A DNA stretch of 64,000 nt, from NCBI GenBank assembly GCA_009103225.1, contig RHPI01000249.1, forward strand, positions 117,165 through 181,164. The letters are read 5' to 3'. Below are positions 22,191 through 34,225 of the stretch, one piece after another; the stretch's first letter is position 1; each line of letters begins with the position of its first letter. A program made the position numbers and the translations under genes. The stretch is from Chlorokybus atmophyticus (Eukaryota > Plantae > Mesostigma and Chlorokybus algae). Below the pieces are notes generated by a model. That model ran no database searches, was not told the origin of the DNA, and worked only from the letters and a program-made list of their open reading frames with translations.

Positions 22191-25052
22191 TCAGCGCTGC
22201 GGGTGTTGCTTCACCTTCACCTTCTTGAAGACCATCATGTACAACAGCATTGGTGGTGTGCAATAGACGCTCCGCCCCTTGCTGCGCAGCAGCGTGTGCC
22301 TGAGGGTAGTGAGCAGCTTGTTCAAGGGGTGTCCATCACGCTGCATGGCGTGAATCAAATCTGTCATGGCTGTCAGGAAGTGTGTTCTGTAGGTACACAC
22401 GCGGGTGAAGCGCGCATACTGCGAGCTGATGACACCCAGCTGCACTGTGCGCGGGGTGTTTGCGGTTGGCAACGGGGCTCGGTGGTGCGGTATCGTGCTG
22501 TAGGCTGGCAAGTCCCGTTTACTGTACAGTTTGGTACAAATGCCGTCCTTTGTTTGAAACACCTCCAAGTCCAGAAACGGCACTTTCGTACCCACAGCTG
22601 TTTGTGTCACGGTGAGGCTGTCCCGTGGGTACAAGCCTCCTCCGGGTACGTGCGGTTCCATGTAGAGCAGCCGCTCAAAGTCTGGGACTCCCACGACGAA
22701 AAGGTCATCAATGTAGCGCAAGATGCCGGTGGCGCATCGCTGCAACAGTTGCACATGGCCCTGTTGTCGCAGGTGTTCCATAAAATCCAACTCATATGTC
22801 AGCAAGTCACCATTGGCTAAGTGCACCCCCGCACTGTTGCCCATGGGGATGCCCACTCGCTGCTTGTACAACTCATCACTCGCCGTGCGTATATACAAGT
22901 TGTCCAACAGAAATGCCAGCACGTTGTGCATCGACTCCGCAGTGAATGTTCTCCAGGTGCCTTTCTCGTCCGTCCGGAACTGTGCTGCTGCTGTCCACCG
23001 GTGCTGTAGCGATCTTTCGGGGTTCACGGTCAGGTGCGAGTGTGTGGCACGGGTACGCTGGTGCTGCATGCGAAATGTGGCATTGACTAAGCGGCGCATG
23101 CGCTCGAGCAGATCTGTGTGCTGTATGTGTGTATAGAGGGTGGAGAAGTCAAAAGTCCGCAGCAACAAAGGCTGGCGCTTGTCTTGCATTGTGCGTGTGG
23201 TGTTAAATGCGGCTTGCAATCTGCCAAAAGCTCCGGAATCCTTCATAATCCAGCTGTGGTGTACTGTTGATAGCCCCACTACTTCCTCCCACAGTTGATG
23301 CCAAATGGGTGTCATGCATTGATAGCCTCTGCTCAGCCACAAACTGGCATCCGCCAGTGAACTGTCACGCGCCGCCGCGATGAAGCGTGGTTGAGGTGGA
23401 GTCATGTGTAGTTTGAACAACAAGTACAAGTGCGGCAGCTTGGGCTGTTGGTGTAATTTCGCAGTATAGTAGTCATGCAGTTGATTCCATTGTGCATGCC
23501 GTTGCAGCACTGCCTGGGCCTGTGCATCTTCACGTTCATATGTCTCCGTCAACAAATCTTGCGTCAAGCACAGCCAGTAATGCTTCCTGCATACTGCTAC
23601 CAGAGTCCCAGTGCACTTGTCCACTTCTGTAATGATAAAGTCCCGATGCAGCAACTGCAAAGCTGCAGCATCCCACGGCGCCATAGTATCCATTGCGTGG
23701 TTTACATTTTGTCCCTGGTACTCAGGCATGGCAGTTTTGGCATCCGCACGTTGGCGTACCAGCGACAGCAACGTTGTCACCCACTGTTGCAAGACAAAAG
23801 GCAGGCCCCACTTGTCCTCTGGTTCGCTTGCAAAACGCGACACAGCAGATGTGATTGCTGGCAAACACACAGCGACGTCAGCCGGCACCTGGCTCCGGAA
23901 CTTGGCCCCACGCTGCAGTATCCCGCGCAGCACGGTGGAGCATGTCACGCGGTCGTAGTCACAGCTGACTACATGGTTCAGGTCTGCATGCAGCTGGCCT
24001 CTCCACTGCGGTTGTTGACACACGCACAGCGTTGCCGACATGACCTGCACTTGCTGCAGGGCGGTCGATGCCAGGAGGTCTCTTGTGCGATTGCAGAGCA
24101 TTCTTCCCACCGATTGACTACAACGCCACACCACCAGTGGCTGGCCCAGGCGTGCTTGCAGGTGTGCGGGCAGCGTTGCCAGCAGCAAGGGGTGTGATAG
24201 TAGCTTTTGCAGTTGCAGTTCATCAGCTGCGCCATTGGCAAATGGGCATGCTATCAGCAGCCTTGCACTGCGGGTTTGCGGTAATGCAGTTGGGTAGTTG
24301 GCAAGCAGACGCTGCAGGGTTTCTGTGAGTGTAGCAGCATGACTGGGTAGCACGCGCAGGTCCTGCGGCGCTGTATGCAGTAGCACATTCAACATCTTGC
24401 ACAAGTTCAGCTGCTTGAACTTCAGCAGATTGGCAAGGGTCAGGCGCTGTTGTTGTACTCGCTCAGCCAGTCTTTGGATGCGCCTAAAGAAGTCTCTGTA
24501 GCCAAAAATTCTGCCTGGTTGTTCATGCGGTCGTGGTTGTGGTTGCCTCCTCAACTGCTGGCGTCTCCAGTGTGGTAGTCTCGCACTTTTGTAGGGGCCA
24601 TGTTCCACATTGTATCCGCGTGGTACATGTGTACGCAAACGCTGCGTCCACAACCACTCTTTCTGTGCAGCCCGGTGGTGCCAAGCATCATTGGTTTCAT
24701 TGGGCAAGGGAGGTATGTACTCTATTGGTGACACTCCCCACGACTGCACGGGTATCTTGCACATGGTTTGTTCCAGCACAGTAGCAGTCGGACGATGTGC
24801 AGCTTCCGAATGCCCTTGATACCGCTCAAATGCCGAATTCACTGTCATGCTCACGTAACACTTCTTCGCGCCAGTCAGCAGATATATCACATAAATGACA
24901 TGGTTGTCCTCGGTCGGTGACAGGCACCAGGGCGTGTGCAAAATGTGCAGCACTCGCTTGCGTAATCTTCTCAACACTGGCAGCTGCCAATGCCAATGCA
25001 CGTCCAACACTCGCGCTTTGATGCTCTGCCAATCCCTTGCCGGTGATGCCAT
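22191..25052 (-). CDS. PLE polyprotein: GIY-YIG endonuclease, CxC linker, reverse transcriptase
   Basis: Endonuclease: VIYVIYLLTGAKKCYVSMT...ERYQGH...KEWLWTQRLRTHVPRGYN. Linker: LCVCQQ. RT: LPHLYLLFKLH...PRFIAA, TFDFSTLYT, QRVGIPMGNSAG, RYIDDLF, VPFLDL. No internal stops. Confidence 0.93.
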   Translation of the reverse strand: MASPARDWQSIKARVLDVHWHWQLPVLRRLRKRVLHILHTPWCLSPTEDNHVIYVIYLLTGAKKCYVSMTVNSAFERYQGHSEAAHRPTATVLEQTMCKIPVQSWGVSPIEYIPPLPNETNDAWHHRAAQKEWLWTQRLRTHVPRGYNVEHGPYKSARLPHWRRQQLRRQPQPRPHEQPGRIFGYRDFFRRIQRLAERVQQQRLTLANLLKFKQLNLCKMLNVLLHTAPQDLRVLPSHAATLTETLQRLLANYPTALPQTRSARLLIACPFANGAADELQLQKLLSHPLLLATLPAHLQARLGQPLVVWRCSQSVGRMLCNRTRDLLASTALQQVQVMSATLCVCQQPQWRGQLHADLNHVVSCDYDRVTCSTVLRGILQRGAKFRSQVPADVAVCLPAITSAVSRFASEPEDKWGLPFVLQQWVTTLLSLVRQRADAKTAMPEYQGQNVNHAMDTMAPWDAAALQLLHRDFIITEVDKCTGTLVAVCRKHYWLCLTQDLLTETYEREDAQAQAVLQRHAQWNQLHDYYTAKLHQQPKLPHLYLLFKLHMTPPQPRFIAAARDSSLADASLWLSRGYQCMTPIWHQLWEEVVGLSTVHHSWIMKDSGAFGRLQAAFNTTRTMQDKRQPLLLRTFDFSTLYTHIQHTDLLERMRRLVNATFRMQHQRTRATHSHLTVNPERSLQHRWTAAAQFRTDEKGTWRTFTAESMHNVLAFLLDNLYIRTASDELYKQRVGIPMGNSAGVHLANGDLLTYELDFMEHLRQQGHVQLLQRCATGILRYIDDLFVVGVPDFERLLYMEPHVPGGGLYPRDSLTVTQTAVGTKVPFLDLEVFQTKDGICTKLYSKRDLPAYSTIPHHRAPLPTANTPRTVQLGVISSQYARFTRVCTYRTHFLTAMTDLIHAMQRDGHPLNKLLTTLRHTLLRSKGRSVYCTPPMLLYMMVFKKVKVKQHPQR

Positions 25053-25335
25053 GGCGCTGTTCCCTTCGCAGCACTGCTATGTATGATCAAACGGGGTGGG
25101 CACTATTTCTAGCTAACAACACAGCAGCTGTCTAGATTAGTTCAACATGCAGAGTGCTCCCGGCCAAGCACTCACAACATACAGAGCGCATGCCACTCAT
25201 GACATTCAGGACATCACAACGCATATGTGGCATGCACGAACCCATGCCGAAGCATAGGGTAGCCAGCCGCTTACCCAAAATGGCGCAAGCGCGCTGGCCT
25301 CTGGCTTGGGACGGTCGGACTGACCAACCAGGGCA

Positions 25336-25848
25336 GTGTGTGTAACATATATGCAATGTTATGCATGTGACCCCATTGCATTGTGAACATGACATGCACA
25401 CACACACGCACACTCGCACACGCCAGCAAACAACTTCTTACACCACCGGGCTACCTATACAAACTAGGTAGCTACTTTCGCTAAGCCCTTGCCCCGTTAG
25501 TCAACATGCATGCGTAGTTACCTGTACACAAGTAGAGTCCCCACAGTTAGGCACCGGTGTGGCTGTAGTTGTGGCAGCAGCACAAAGCAGACGGACTCCC
25601 CCTCCCTCTGCTCTCTCGCTCTCTCTCCACCCGCCGCCCTGCTTCTCTCTTGGCAGTCTGCGCCCCTGCTGCTGTTGACGCTGCCAGGGTTGCAGTGTCA
25701 ACGTCAGCAGTACGCAACTGCGTGCAAGGCTGTCGCGACTTGCCCGCATGGTCGTCAGTGGCTGAATGTCGCATGCTGTGCCAGTGCAGTCGGTTGTGGT
25801 TTGAGGCTGGCAGTCTGGTGCTGCGGTGGGGTTGGGTGGTGGGGTTGG
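25336..25848. repeat. PLE pseudo-LTR, upstream copy (513 bp)
   Basis: Direct repeat of 21580-22090, running from GTGTGTGTAACATATATGC to GGTGGTGGGGTTGG. Confidence 0.93.
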
Positions 25849-26746
25849 GTGATTGTACACCGTGACTGCCTCATCTCGACCTTAGTTCATATGCTTGGTT
25901 GCTTGCTACGTTGCCCTAGATAGAAGCACACCCACTTCTTAGAGCTCGAGTGTGCTTCGCGTAGCTCTTCCACCCCCGTTGCTGCTTGAGGGTCTGGATT
26001 GGTTGTTGAATTAAACATAGAGTCCGTCTTTCTAAAGCTCCTTGGCCCCCACCTACTCTAGTTGCTTGCTTGCGTGTGTTTATGCTTGTGTAGATGCTTG
26101 TGCCATGTGTTTGCACACCCCTCGTTATCGGAGTGTGCTTCGCGCAACTCTGCAGTAAGTTATGTGCGTGCGTTGTCAGTGCTGCCATCTGTTACTATCA
26201 TTTGGGCTAAGCATGACCAGAATTATACCTTGCACTCTCACTCTCAACACTTGTATTTGCCACCATTGCATGTGTACAACATACAATGCAATTATTCGCG
26301 GCATGCACGATTTGCACAATAAGCATGCAACCACCATCACCATCACCAAGCATTTACAATAGCCGCCGGAGTATCTACCTAGTCCCTACATCCTTACATG
26401 CATGACATATGCCAGGCATGCAATTGAACCACCAAGCATTTACAATCACCACCGGGGTATCTACCTAGTCCCTACCTCGCTACCTTCACTACCACCCTCA
26501 ACCCCGTTAAGCATACATGCATGTACGTGTCAATGTAATTACCTGCACAGCATTGGCGGTTTTCAGCTTCGCCGCAGTAGCAGCACGGAAATAGCAGCAA
26601 CACGCAGTGCAGCACTCTGACTCCCTCCCTCCCCTCCTCCCTTCTTCCCTCACGGCCCTTTCTCTCTCTCCTCCGCTCTCTCCTCTGTGTTCCAAAACGT
26701 GAGGGCTCTGTTGTAGGCATGTTTGTACATCATGTCATGGCATCTT

Positions 26747-28839
26747 TCAACTCAAGGCAGCAACCGCAGTCACAATGTCAAACAGGAGCTCCTTGTCCAA
26801 ACACTCAACCATCCGATGCACCAGCTCGTGGAAATGCCGCACAACGTGTGCGGTTGCGTGCGCTTGCAGCCGTGTGTACTTCAAATCTTTGGCCAACTGG
26901 AGCATAGGCAAAACGACATCGGGGGTGGTGTGCGTGCTCTCACATAATCTGCGAACCAACAAGTCCTCGCATGTGTCCCCGAGATGCAGCAGCATTGCCA
27001 GTCGGGCGTAATTCAGCAGCTCAACGGCTGCAACAGTTGTGATGTGGGGAGGGATACCGTCTGTGGCCAAATACTGCAGAACATATTCGAACACCTGACA
27101 CGAAACCTGTTCCTGAATTATGATCACGCCTTCAACGGCGTGCTTTAGCAGCGCAGCAAAATACTCGCTCCTTTGCACAAGGATGCAGCGCACTGCCTGC
27201 ATCTGCATTGAAGAGATGTTACAGCAAGGCAAGAGTGTTTTGCAACAAAGGATGTGTTAACTGTGCTTACAGTGAAGCCGTGGACATTAAAAGTGGCCAC
27301 GCCCTGGTTCGCCTCAGCAATCGCTGGCACGGCAAGCATGTCCTTGACAAAAGTGGATTTCAGGCGCAAGCACGACTGCGGTAGGCTGATGCATCTTATG
27401 CAATGTCCGTCCGTGGCGTACACGACACCGCGCCGCACATCCAATGCGAGCTTCTGTAAGTCCATAAACCTTGCTGCCAACAGTGTTCAGTTGTAAGTCA
27501 CAACAAGTTCTCACATGCACACACGTGCACACAGACGCGCACATGCACTCATGCAAGCGCGCTCACATGTGCACGTGTGCTCACGCTGTTCGCAAATCGT
27601 GCGCGCACAAGTATACTACACATACATGCTGCTCTGTTTTGACAGGAGGTCGAGCACCCCAATGCTACAACGGCAGAGCGCGTACATGCAAAATAAAGCA
27701 TAAAGCAGTAGTAACAATGTCATTTGCAGATACCCAAACAGGTGACGTTTGTGGTTACCTGCCAAACCAACGCCGTCAACATGCGCCGGGTCCTCTTCAC
27801 CATCATCATCTGGGTGCATAAACTCCTTGCCTCTGTTCCAAGCGCCCGCAACTCGCAAGACCTCATTGCCGTTGGGTGAGCCGTGGTACACAGAAATGTC
27901 ACCGTGTGACATAAGCAGGGAGCAGTCCGGTAGGACAACAATGCTTTGTACGTAATAGTCCTTTTTGCGGAACGTGTGGTACCTTGATAACACGTGGTTC
28001 GTGTGCTGGACGTCTTCACCTGCTGACACATGCATCGGGGAGAGCCTCCAGACTCTGTCGTAGGCGTTGTGTGCATGGCTGTTAAAGTTGTCAGCGCCGC
28101 CTATGTACAACACTCCCGTGGGCGAGCACGCGAGTGCGCAGGGCTCGTAACAGCTGCCCCTTTGGTTGTTTGCATCTGCCTGTGGCGGCTTATCAATGCT
28201 GGCAACCTTGTGCGTGTCCAGATCCACGTGCCAGATGCCACATCTTTCGCCATACTCTCCATGGCCAATGAGAAGGCTGTTGTCTGCGTGGTCGCACGTC
28301 AGCGTGTTGATGATGTTGTTGAAACTATGGTCAACCTCTTCATCATCGCTGTCGATATCTTTAGAATGATCCATCTCTCTAAAGTGACCCCTCCCGTTGA
28401 AGGAGCTCACATGGCCTGAGGGCGCTATACGCCTGACCATGAATTCGCCTTGGTTGACATATACACAGCCGCGAGCATCGACTGCGAGCGCGCTCGGGTT
28501 GCTGAACTCAATGCGAGTGTTGGCAGGGTGGCCATCGCTGTGGCCTTCGTGCGTGCTCCCCGCAAAGGTTGTGACGCTGCCCGTGTTTAAGCATAGCTTG
28601 CGCACGCGGTGGTTCCCTCTGTCTGCGATATACAAACAACCTGCCTCAGGGCTTACAGCCAACCCAGCAGGGTGGTTGAAACGCGCCTCTGGCGCCGAAC
28701 AGCTGGCAATGAAACCCTCCGCTTCTCCCCCCGCTATTGTCCATACCGTCCATGGCGCTCGCTTCCGCCCAAGGTCCGCACCGAACGAAAACATTTCCTG
28801 TGGACATATGTTGATGAAGATGGTCTCTGGCCTCAGCAA
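26747..28839 (-). CDS. NHL-repeat (beta-propeller) plus C-terminal BTB/POZ domain protein; start uncertain
   Basis: NHL repeats: ARFNHPAGLAV...LYIADRGNHRVRK and FSNPSALAVDARGCVYV. After two GT-AG introns comes a BTB region: AVRCILVQRSEYFAALL...VSCQVFEYVLQYLATD...LLHLGDTCEDLL. Confidence 0.85.
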
Positions 28840-31800
28840 GCTAATATGGACTTGCTAGCGGCTCATGTGGAAAACAACTCTGCACTACTAAGCGCAACCT
28901 TTAGCTGACCTCTTGGTTTGAGGATGACGTCAGTTGATGCCAGCGGAAATGTTGTTTGTTCCTTACAGTTGTGTTGCTGTCGCTCTCTACAACTTGGCGC
29001 CATGCGCTAGATGCGCTTCAGCTGGAAGTTGCGCAGTATGCCTGTGCACTATCAAGGCATGCATGAGTGTGTGCATGTAGCAATGCGTGCGTTGCATGTG
29101 TCTCTTGTACTGCATGGACAAAACACAGCACGTGTGCATGCCACCATGTCAGCATGTAACGAAAGTACTTGTGCATGCGATGGACACCCAGCTCCAGACA
29201 TACAACCACAAAGCAACCAATCCGCTCGCATGTCCGTCAATGCACTCTCTTGCTACAAATATGAAGAGCTGTGCTGCCTGAGACTGCACAGAGTGTCAAC
29301 ACACATGAGCGGGATTACAGGATTCAGCTGTTGAGTTGGTCAGGAGTTCTGGCTTGCTCAAAGGACTGCAACGACAGTGGCAGTTTTGGCTACTACTCAC
29401 CTTTTAATGCCTGCTTGTGTAGCGCTTCATGCATGGTTCGAGCGTCGCTTCAATAATGCTGCACCAACCAGCATCACAGTCACTACTAGCATCGTGCTAG
29501 GCCTGCTCGCTTGTGTGCGTGGAAGGGCTCGTGTGATAGGGCTTACACGCGCATGTGCGTATGTAGCTGTGTTTGAGCATGCTGCCTTTCGGCGCGGTAG
29601 TACTAACCTACTTTCAAGCTGCGGTGACCCCCTACCACACGGCATGCACACTGTTGTCCACATCTCTCACACCAACACAAGCCCATTGTTGCAAGGTTGT
29701 CATCGTGGTAGCAGCATGGCGGGCAACACACCATGCAGCAAACACATACAGACAAGCAAGCAGGCGGCAGTTGTTACAAGCCGAAAACGTTGCATGCATA
29801 GACTAGCATGCATTGTTTGAAACAAAAGATCACAAGCAACAACTGCTGCCTGCTTGCTTGTGCCTAGGCAGCTATGCCGGCGACCTCAAACACAGCGCAC
29901 CTTCATTCCGCTCGCCATCGCCGCTGCTCCCCCCTTCTGCAACCAGCGCAACACTGACCCAAAGCAATTGCGAGAGCACGAGCACGAGGAGGAGCACGGG
30001 GAGGAGCTGGAAACGGTAGCGGCAACAGGTCTGCTGTCAGACCTGTCACTCAAGTGGAAGAGGGGGGGGCTGGCCTAGGCCGCAAGCACGAGAATACAGT
30101 ACGAGAATACAGTACTTGATACATGATATACACATTTGCACATCATCGACCGTAATTCCAGTATGTGTAGTCCGATAAGTTGTTGGCAATAACGCCAACA
30201 GATGCTGCAGCCTCTTTTGCCGCGTAATACACTGCTGGCATTGTACCAACCTGCTGGCATTGTATGTATTTGCATTTGTATCATGCTTTGTGACCTCCAC
30301 GAGCGCACATCCGGCACATTCTAATGCCGGCGGGCCACCATCATTATGGTGGTAGCTGCAGCGCATGCACGCCCCACTTTGCGCGTGCACAATACACAGC
30401 ATGTAGCTCTTAAAGACATTGCTTGCGAATAGTCTACTATATAATGGTGTTTTAGAATAGTAGCATTGGACACCACACACATCAATCGTCGGTTGGCATC
30501 CGTGTAATTTATTCATGCATACTACGTACTGAAGACGCTATACGATTCATTGTAAGGCTGATCGCCCAGGGCCAGACCTTTCTCTAACAACTTAGCTAGC
30601 TCATGCAACCAAGCACTAGCATACATGTGCATACAGTATCTGTCATACAACAGTCTATGCAAAACAGCACTACTCGGTTTTTAAGCAGGAAATGTCCCAG
30701 GTCCTTCTCGTCGTAGCAGGCTCCCAAAGACACACCCGTGAAGAAGGCTCCTCAAGTCTTCCTTCGCACACAGCTCCCAATACGGCTCACAGCCTACCCA
30801 ACATAGAGCAGGGGGAAGGCCCCTTGCACAGCTACCGCCAAGCACCCCTCACACAGCAGTAAGCATAAGGAGTCCCACAATTGTGATTGTCTGGACACTA
30901 CCAGCAATCTTCTTATATCCTCCTGCCCTCCCACTTAGCCACATGTTGGCAGCAGAGGTGCTCCTTATTAGCCAGCTGGCTAAGTGCCTTCTTTACCACG
31001 CGTGCTGACCTTAGTCATATGCTCCGCCACCTAAGGCTTTACAGCTAACAGTTAAAACACATCACTTGACAGCTGAGTGCCTGCTTGTCTTAGCCGAGCA
31101 CCCTTACGCGGATGATACCAACGCGGGGTTGTCCTCACATGAGGCAACAGAGCATGTCACATCATGTCACAAGCATGACAAGCAAACATTCAATAAGCAT
31201 AGTACATGCATGACCAACTGTAGCATACCACATGGGCAATGTTGACAGCGACCACATGGTTATGTACACCAGTCATCTGGACATATACCTTGACTACTGC
31301 CCTTTACCCTGTCAACATACATGCATGCATAGCAAACATGGCAACTCAAGCAAAAAGGGGCCAATGTAGAGCAAGCAAACACACCGCACAATGCATACAA
31401 TTTCTGTGGGGGAAGGTATAGTTGTAGCAGACTCTACTATAGTTAGGACACAACATCAACTACGACCCTCAAGCAGCAACGGACAAGTGTGAGGGATGGG
31501 CGAGAAGGAGATAGCAGTGAGCACCACCGAGCACGGCGAGCTGCGGGCCGGCCCCCGCAACGCCGCAGGCGAGATCGTGCTGAATCCACTAATCACCGTG
31601 GCGGCGGTGGTGGCGACATCTATGAGGGTGTCCTTGCACTCCTTCGCAGCAGGAAGGACATGTCTACATGTCAAAATATCTGTGCAAAGTGCAAACTGTC
31701 ATGTAGCGTCCATGATGCAGCTTTGGCAGTATCAACAAATAGCAGACCAATTTCCCCTCCCCCTCCTCTCCTCTGCTCCACCACCACCCTCCTCTTCTGC

Positions 31801-32257
31801 CTCCGTCTCTCCCACTGCTGCTCTATCAGCACTTGCAGTGCTAAGTGCTATGCGCACAGCCCGGCCTTGTATTAATTGCTGCACTCTTCAACTTTATGCC
31901 AATGTAACCACTTATGTATTACCTAATTTGAAAACCAGCCAGCGCCAAAGCGTAATTCTGCACTAAACTGCAACCAGCAATGTACAACTTCTTTATTACT
32001 ACTGCTTTTCTAGTTCCCTCAATGCATGCTCACGTTTGAGCCACGCTCAGTGGTACGCCGCTGCAAGAGAACTTAACAACTATCACCAACTAGCTAGATT
32101 GCATTCCTAGACAATGATAGAGATGTCATGCACTACTATGTCAGGCAGAGGTCAGTGCACCAGCGCTAATGATCGAATCTCTACGCACCTTGCTTGTATT
32201 CACATGTAGCAACCACTAATGATCCCATCTCTACGCACCGCGAATAAGGCTCACATA

Positions 32258-34225
32258 TTAGCCTGGGTCTTCCCCGAGAAGCCAGCCGGCTCCGAAGGTG
32301 ACAAGCATGGCCAACACGCCCCCAATGACCGTGCGCAAGGCCGCGCCGAGAAGCCTCGCACCGCCCAAGTATGCCCCAACTCCGCCGGATAGTGCCAGTG
32401 TCGCGGTCACGATACCTCCCGTTATGTACAGCCTCAGCCACTGCATACCAAAGTTGAGAGCCTATACAGATAAAATTCTGCTTGTGCGCGCGTGCATATG
32501 TGTGTGGTGTCTGGGACATGGTACTCACCTCTGGCGATGCCAGTATGGCAAGGAGCGGGATCATTGCGCCCAGCGAGAATGAGATGAACGAGACCACAGC
32601 AGCTTGAAGCGGGCGAGCCTGAACGACAAGCAAACACAAAGAGCAACAAGTTCAATGGCCACATCACTGCCTTGATGGGTGAAGTTGCTGCATACTACTC
32701 TGCTGCATGTCATGGCCTTGCGGTTGACTTACCTGAGAGACCTCAGTGATGCCCAACTCGTCGCGCATGTGCGCCGCCACAGCATCCCTCTTGGACAACT
32801 CCACTGCAACCTGGACAATGACGACAACAACAACATCAGCACTACGGGTGGAGCCATTGATATGATTCATTGACTCATTCACTTGAATATTGCAACATAG
32901 ACATGGGTAAACACCACATACCTGACGAGCGAGGTCGTAGGGCAGTCCTCGTGCAGCATAGATGCGTGTAAGCTCCTCCAACTCATACCTTCATGAACAC
33001 GCGCGAAGAGTGTGAAACGACAATACAAAGTGTTGTTTATATAATGAGCGAGAGAAGGGCGAGTGAAAACACTCACTGAGGGTCTTTTCTGTGCTCCTCC
33101 TGCTCTTTCTTCAGATCCGCGAGCTCGGAGTCCGACTGGCTCGAGACAGACACGTACTCGCCGCATGCCATGCTCATTGCACCCGCTATCCATCCCGACA
33201 CACCCGCAGTCAAGATCTGTGACCAACAATATAACGCGAAACTCACATCAACAACTACAATTGCATCGCTTGATGTGACTTGAGAGTGTTTTACCCACAA
33301 GCTTTTCATGGACAAAGCATACGACTGGTAGAAATTGTCTGCTGCTTGCTATGAGAGTGGGTTTCCAGTGCAGTCATAGAATACACGCATACATGCGCGC
33401 ATGCATGCGCACGCATAAGTCAGACACGCGTCCGCACACACCCGCACAGACACATGCAGTCACACCCGCAATACACACACGCGTGCGCATTAGCACACGC
33501 ACAGGCGCACACACCCACATATGCACGCGCACTGCAATGTGACTGGTGGAGACTCTCTGCTGCTTACAATGCCATGCTTGGAGTCCGTGCTTCAGTTGCA
33601 ATTGCATGACACATGCACGCACGCACACATGCGCATGCACAGACAAAGACGCACGCATACACGAGCGTGCGCGCACACATGTGCACACGCACACGCACGC
33701 ATGCATGCAGAAACACACGCACACAACATGAACATGCAGCCACACACGCACACAACATGAACACGCGCACGTGCAGCCATACGCGCGCGCCTGCACACAC
33801 ACACACGCATGCACGCATGCCTACCTGAGAGCGCCCAGCGCGGGCAGCAATGACGCCAAGTATGAGACTGGCAGTGGAAACGATGCCGTCGTTGGCACCC
33901 AGCACCATCGCTCTCAGCCACCCTGAGCGCTGAGACAAGTGCGTCTCCCCATACTCCTGCAAATGGGAACTGTTACCACACACCAACGCCCACAGCAACA
34001 TTGACGACGAGAAGAAGGCGAAGAAGTAGGAGGAGTAGGAGGGTAGGAGGTGTGGCACAGCAATGCCTTGAGCCCTGCCCTGCCTACCTTGATGTGGCGG
34101 ATCTCGTATGAGTCGTTGCGGTCCAGCGTGCGCTTGTCAGCGCCGGCGGCGGCGTCATTGCCAGCGGAGCCTTCCTCAATGCTGTCTAGCAGAGGCTCCC
34201 TGGCTCCATCCCCAGCACCTGGCAT
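32258..34225 (-). CDS. VIT1: Vacuolar iron transporter, VIT1/CCC1 family, multi-exon
   Basis: Motifs WLRAMVLGANDGIVSTASLILGV, AGAMSMACGEYVSVSSQSDSE, ELTRIYAARGL, AHMRDELGI, PLQAAVVSFISFSLGAMIPLL and GAALRTVIGGVLAMLVTFG. The assignment is at family level. Confidence 0.92.

Larger units (their letters stand above)
21580..25848 (-). mobile_element. Full-length Penelope-like element with N-terminal GIY-YIG endonuclease (Chlamys/Naiad type), pLTR-ORF-pLTR
   Basis: A single 953-aa ORF with endonuclease-CxC-RT order lies between near-identical direct repeats at 21580-22090 and 25336-25848. Confidence 0.92.

Noticed and set aside
22068-24328. Plus-strand and alternate-frame ORFs overlapping the PLE ORF
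   Set aside because: They are shadows of the GC-rich PLE coding sequence with no motifs.
33351-33830. His/Thr/Cys/Val-rich short ORFs here and throughout the window
   Set aside because: They arise from CA/TG-rich intron sequence and lie between recognisable exons.
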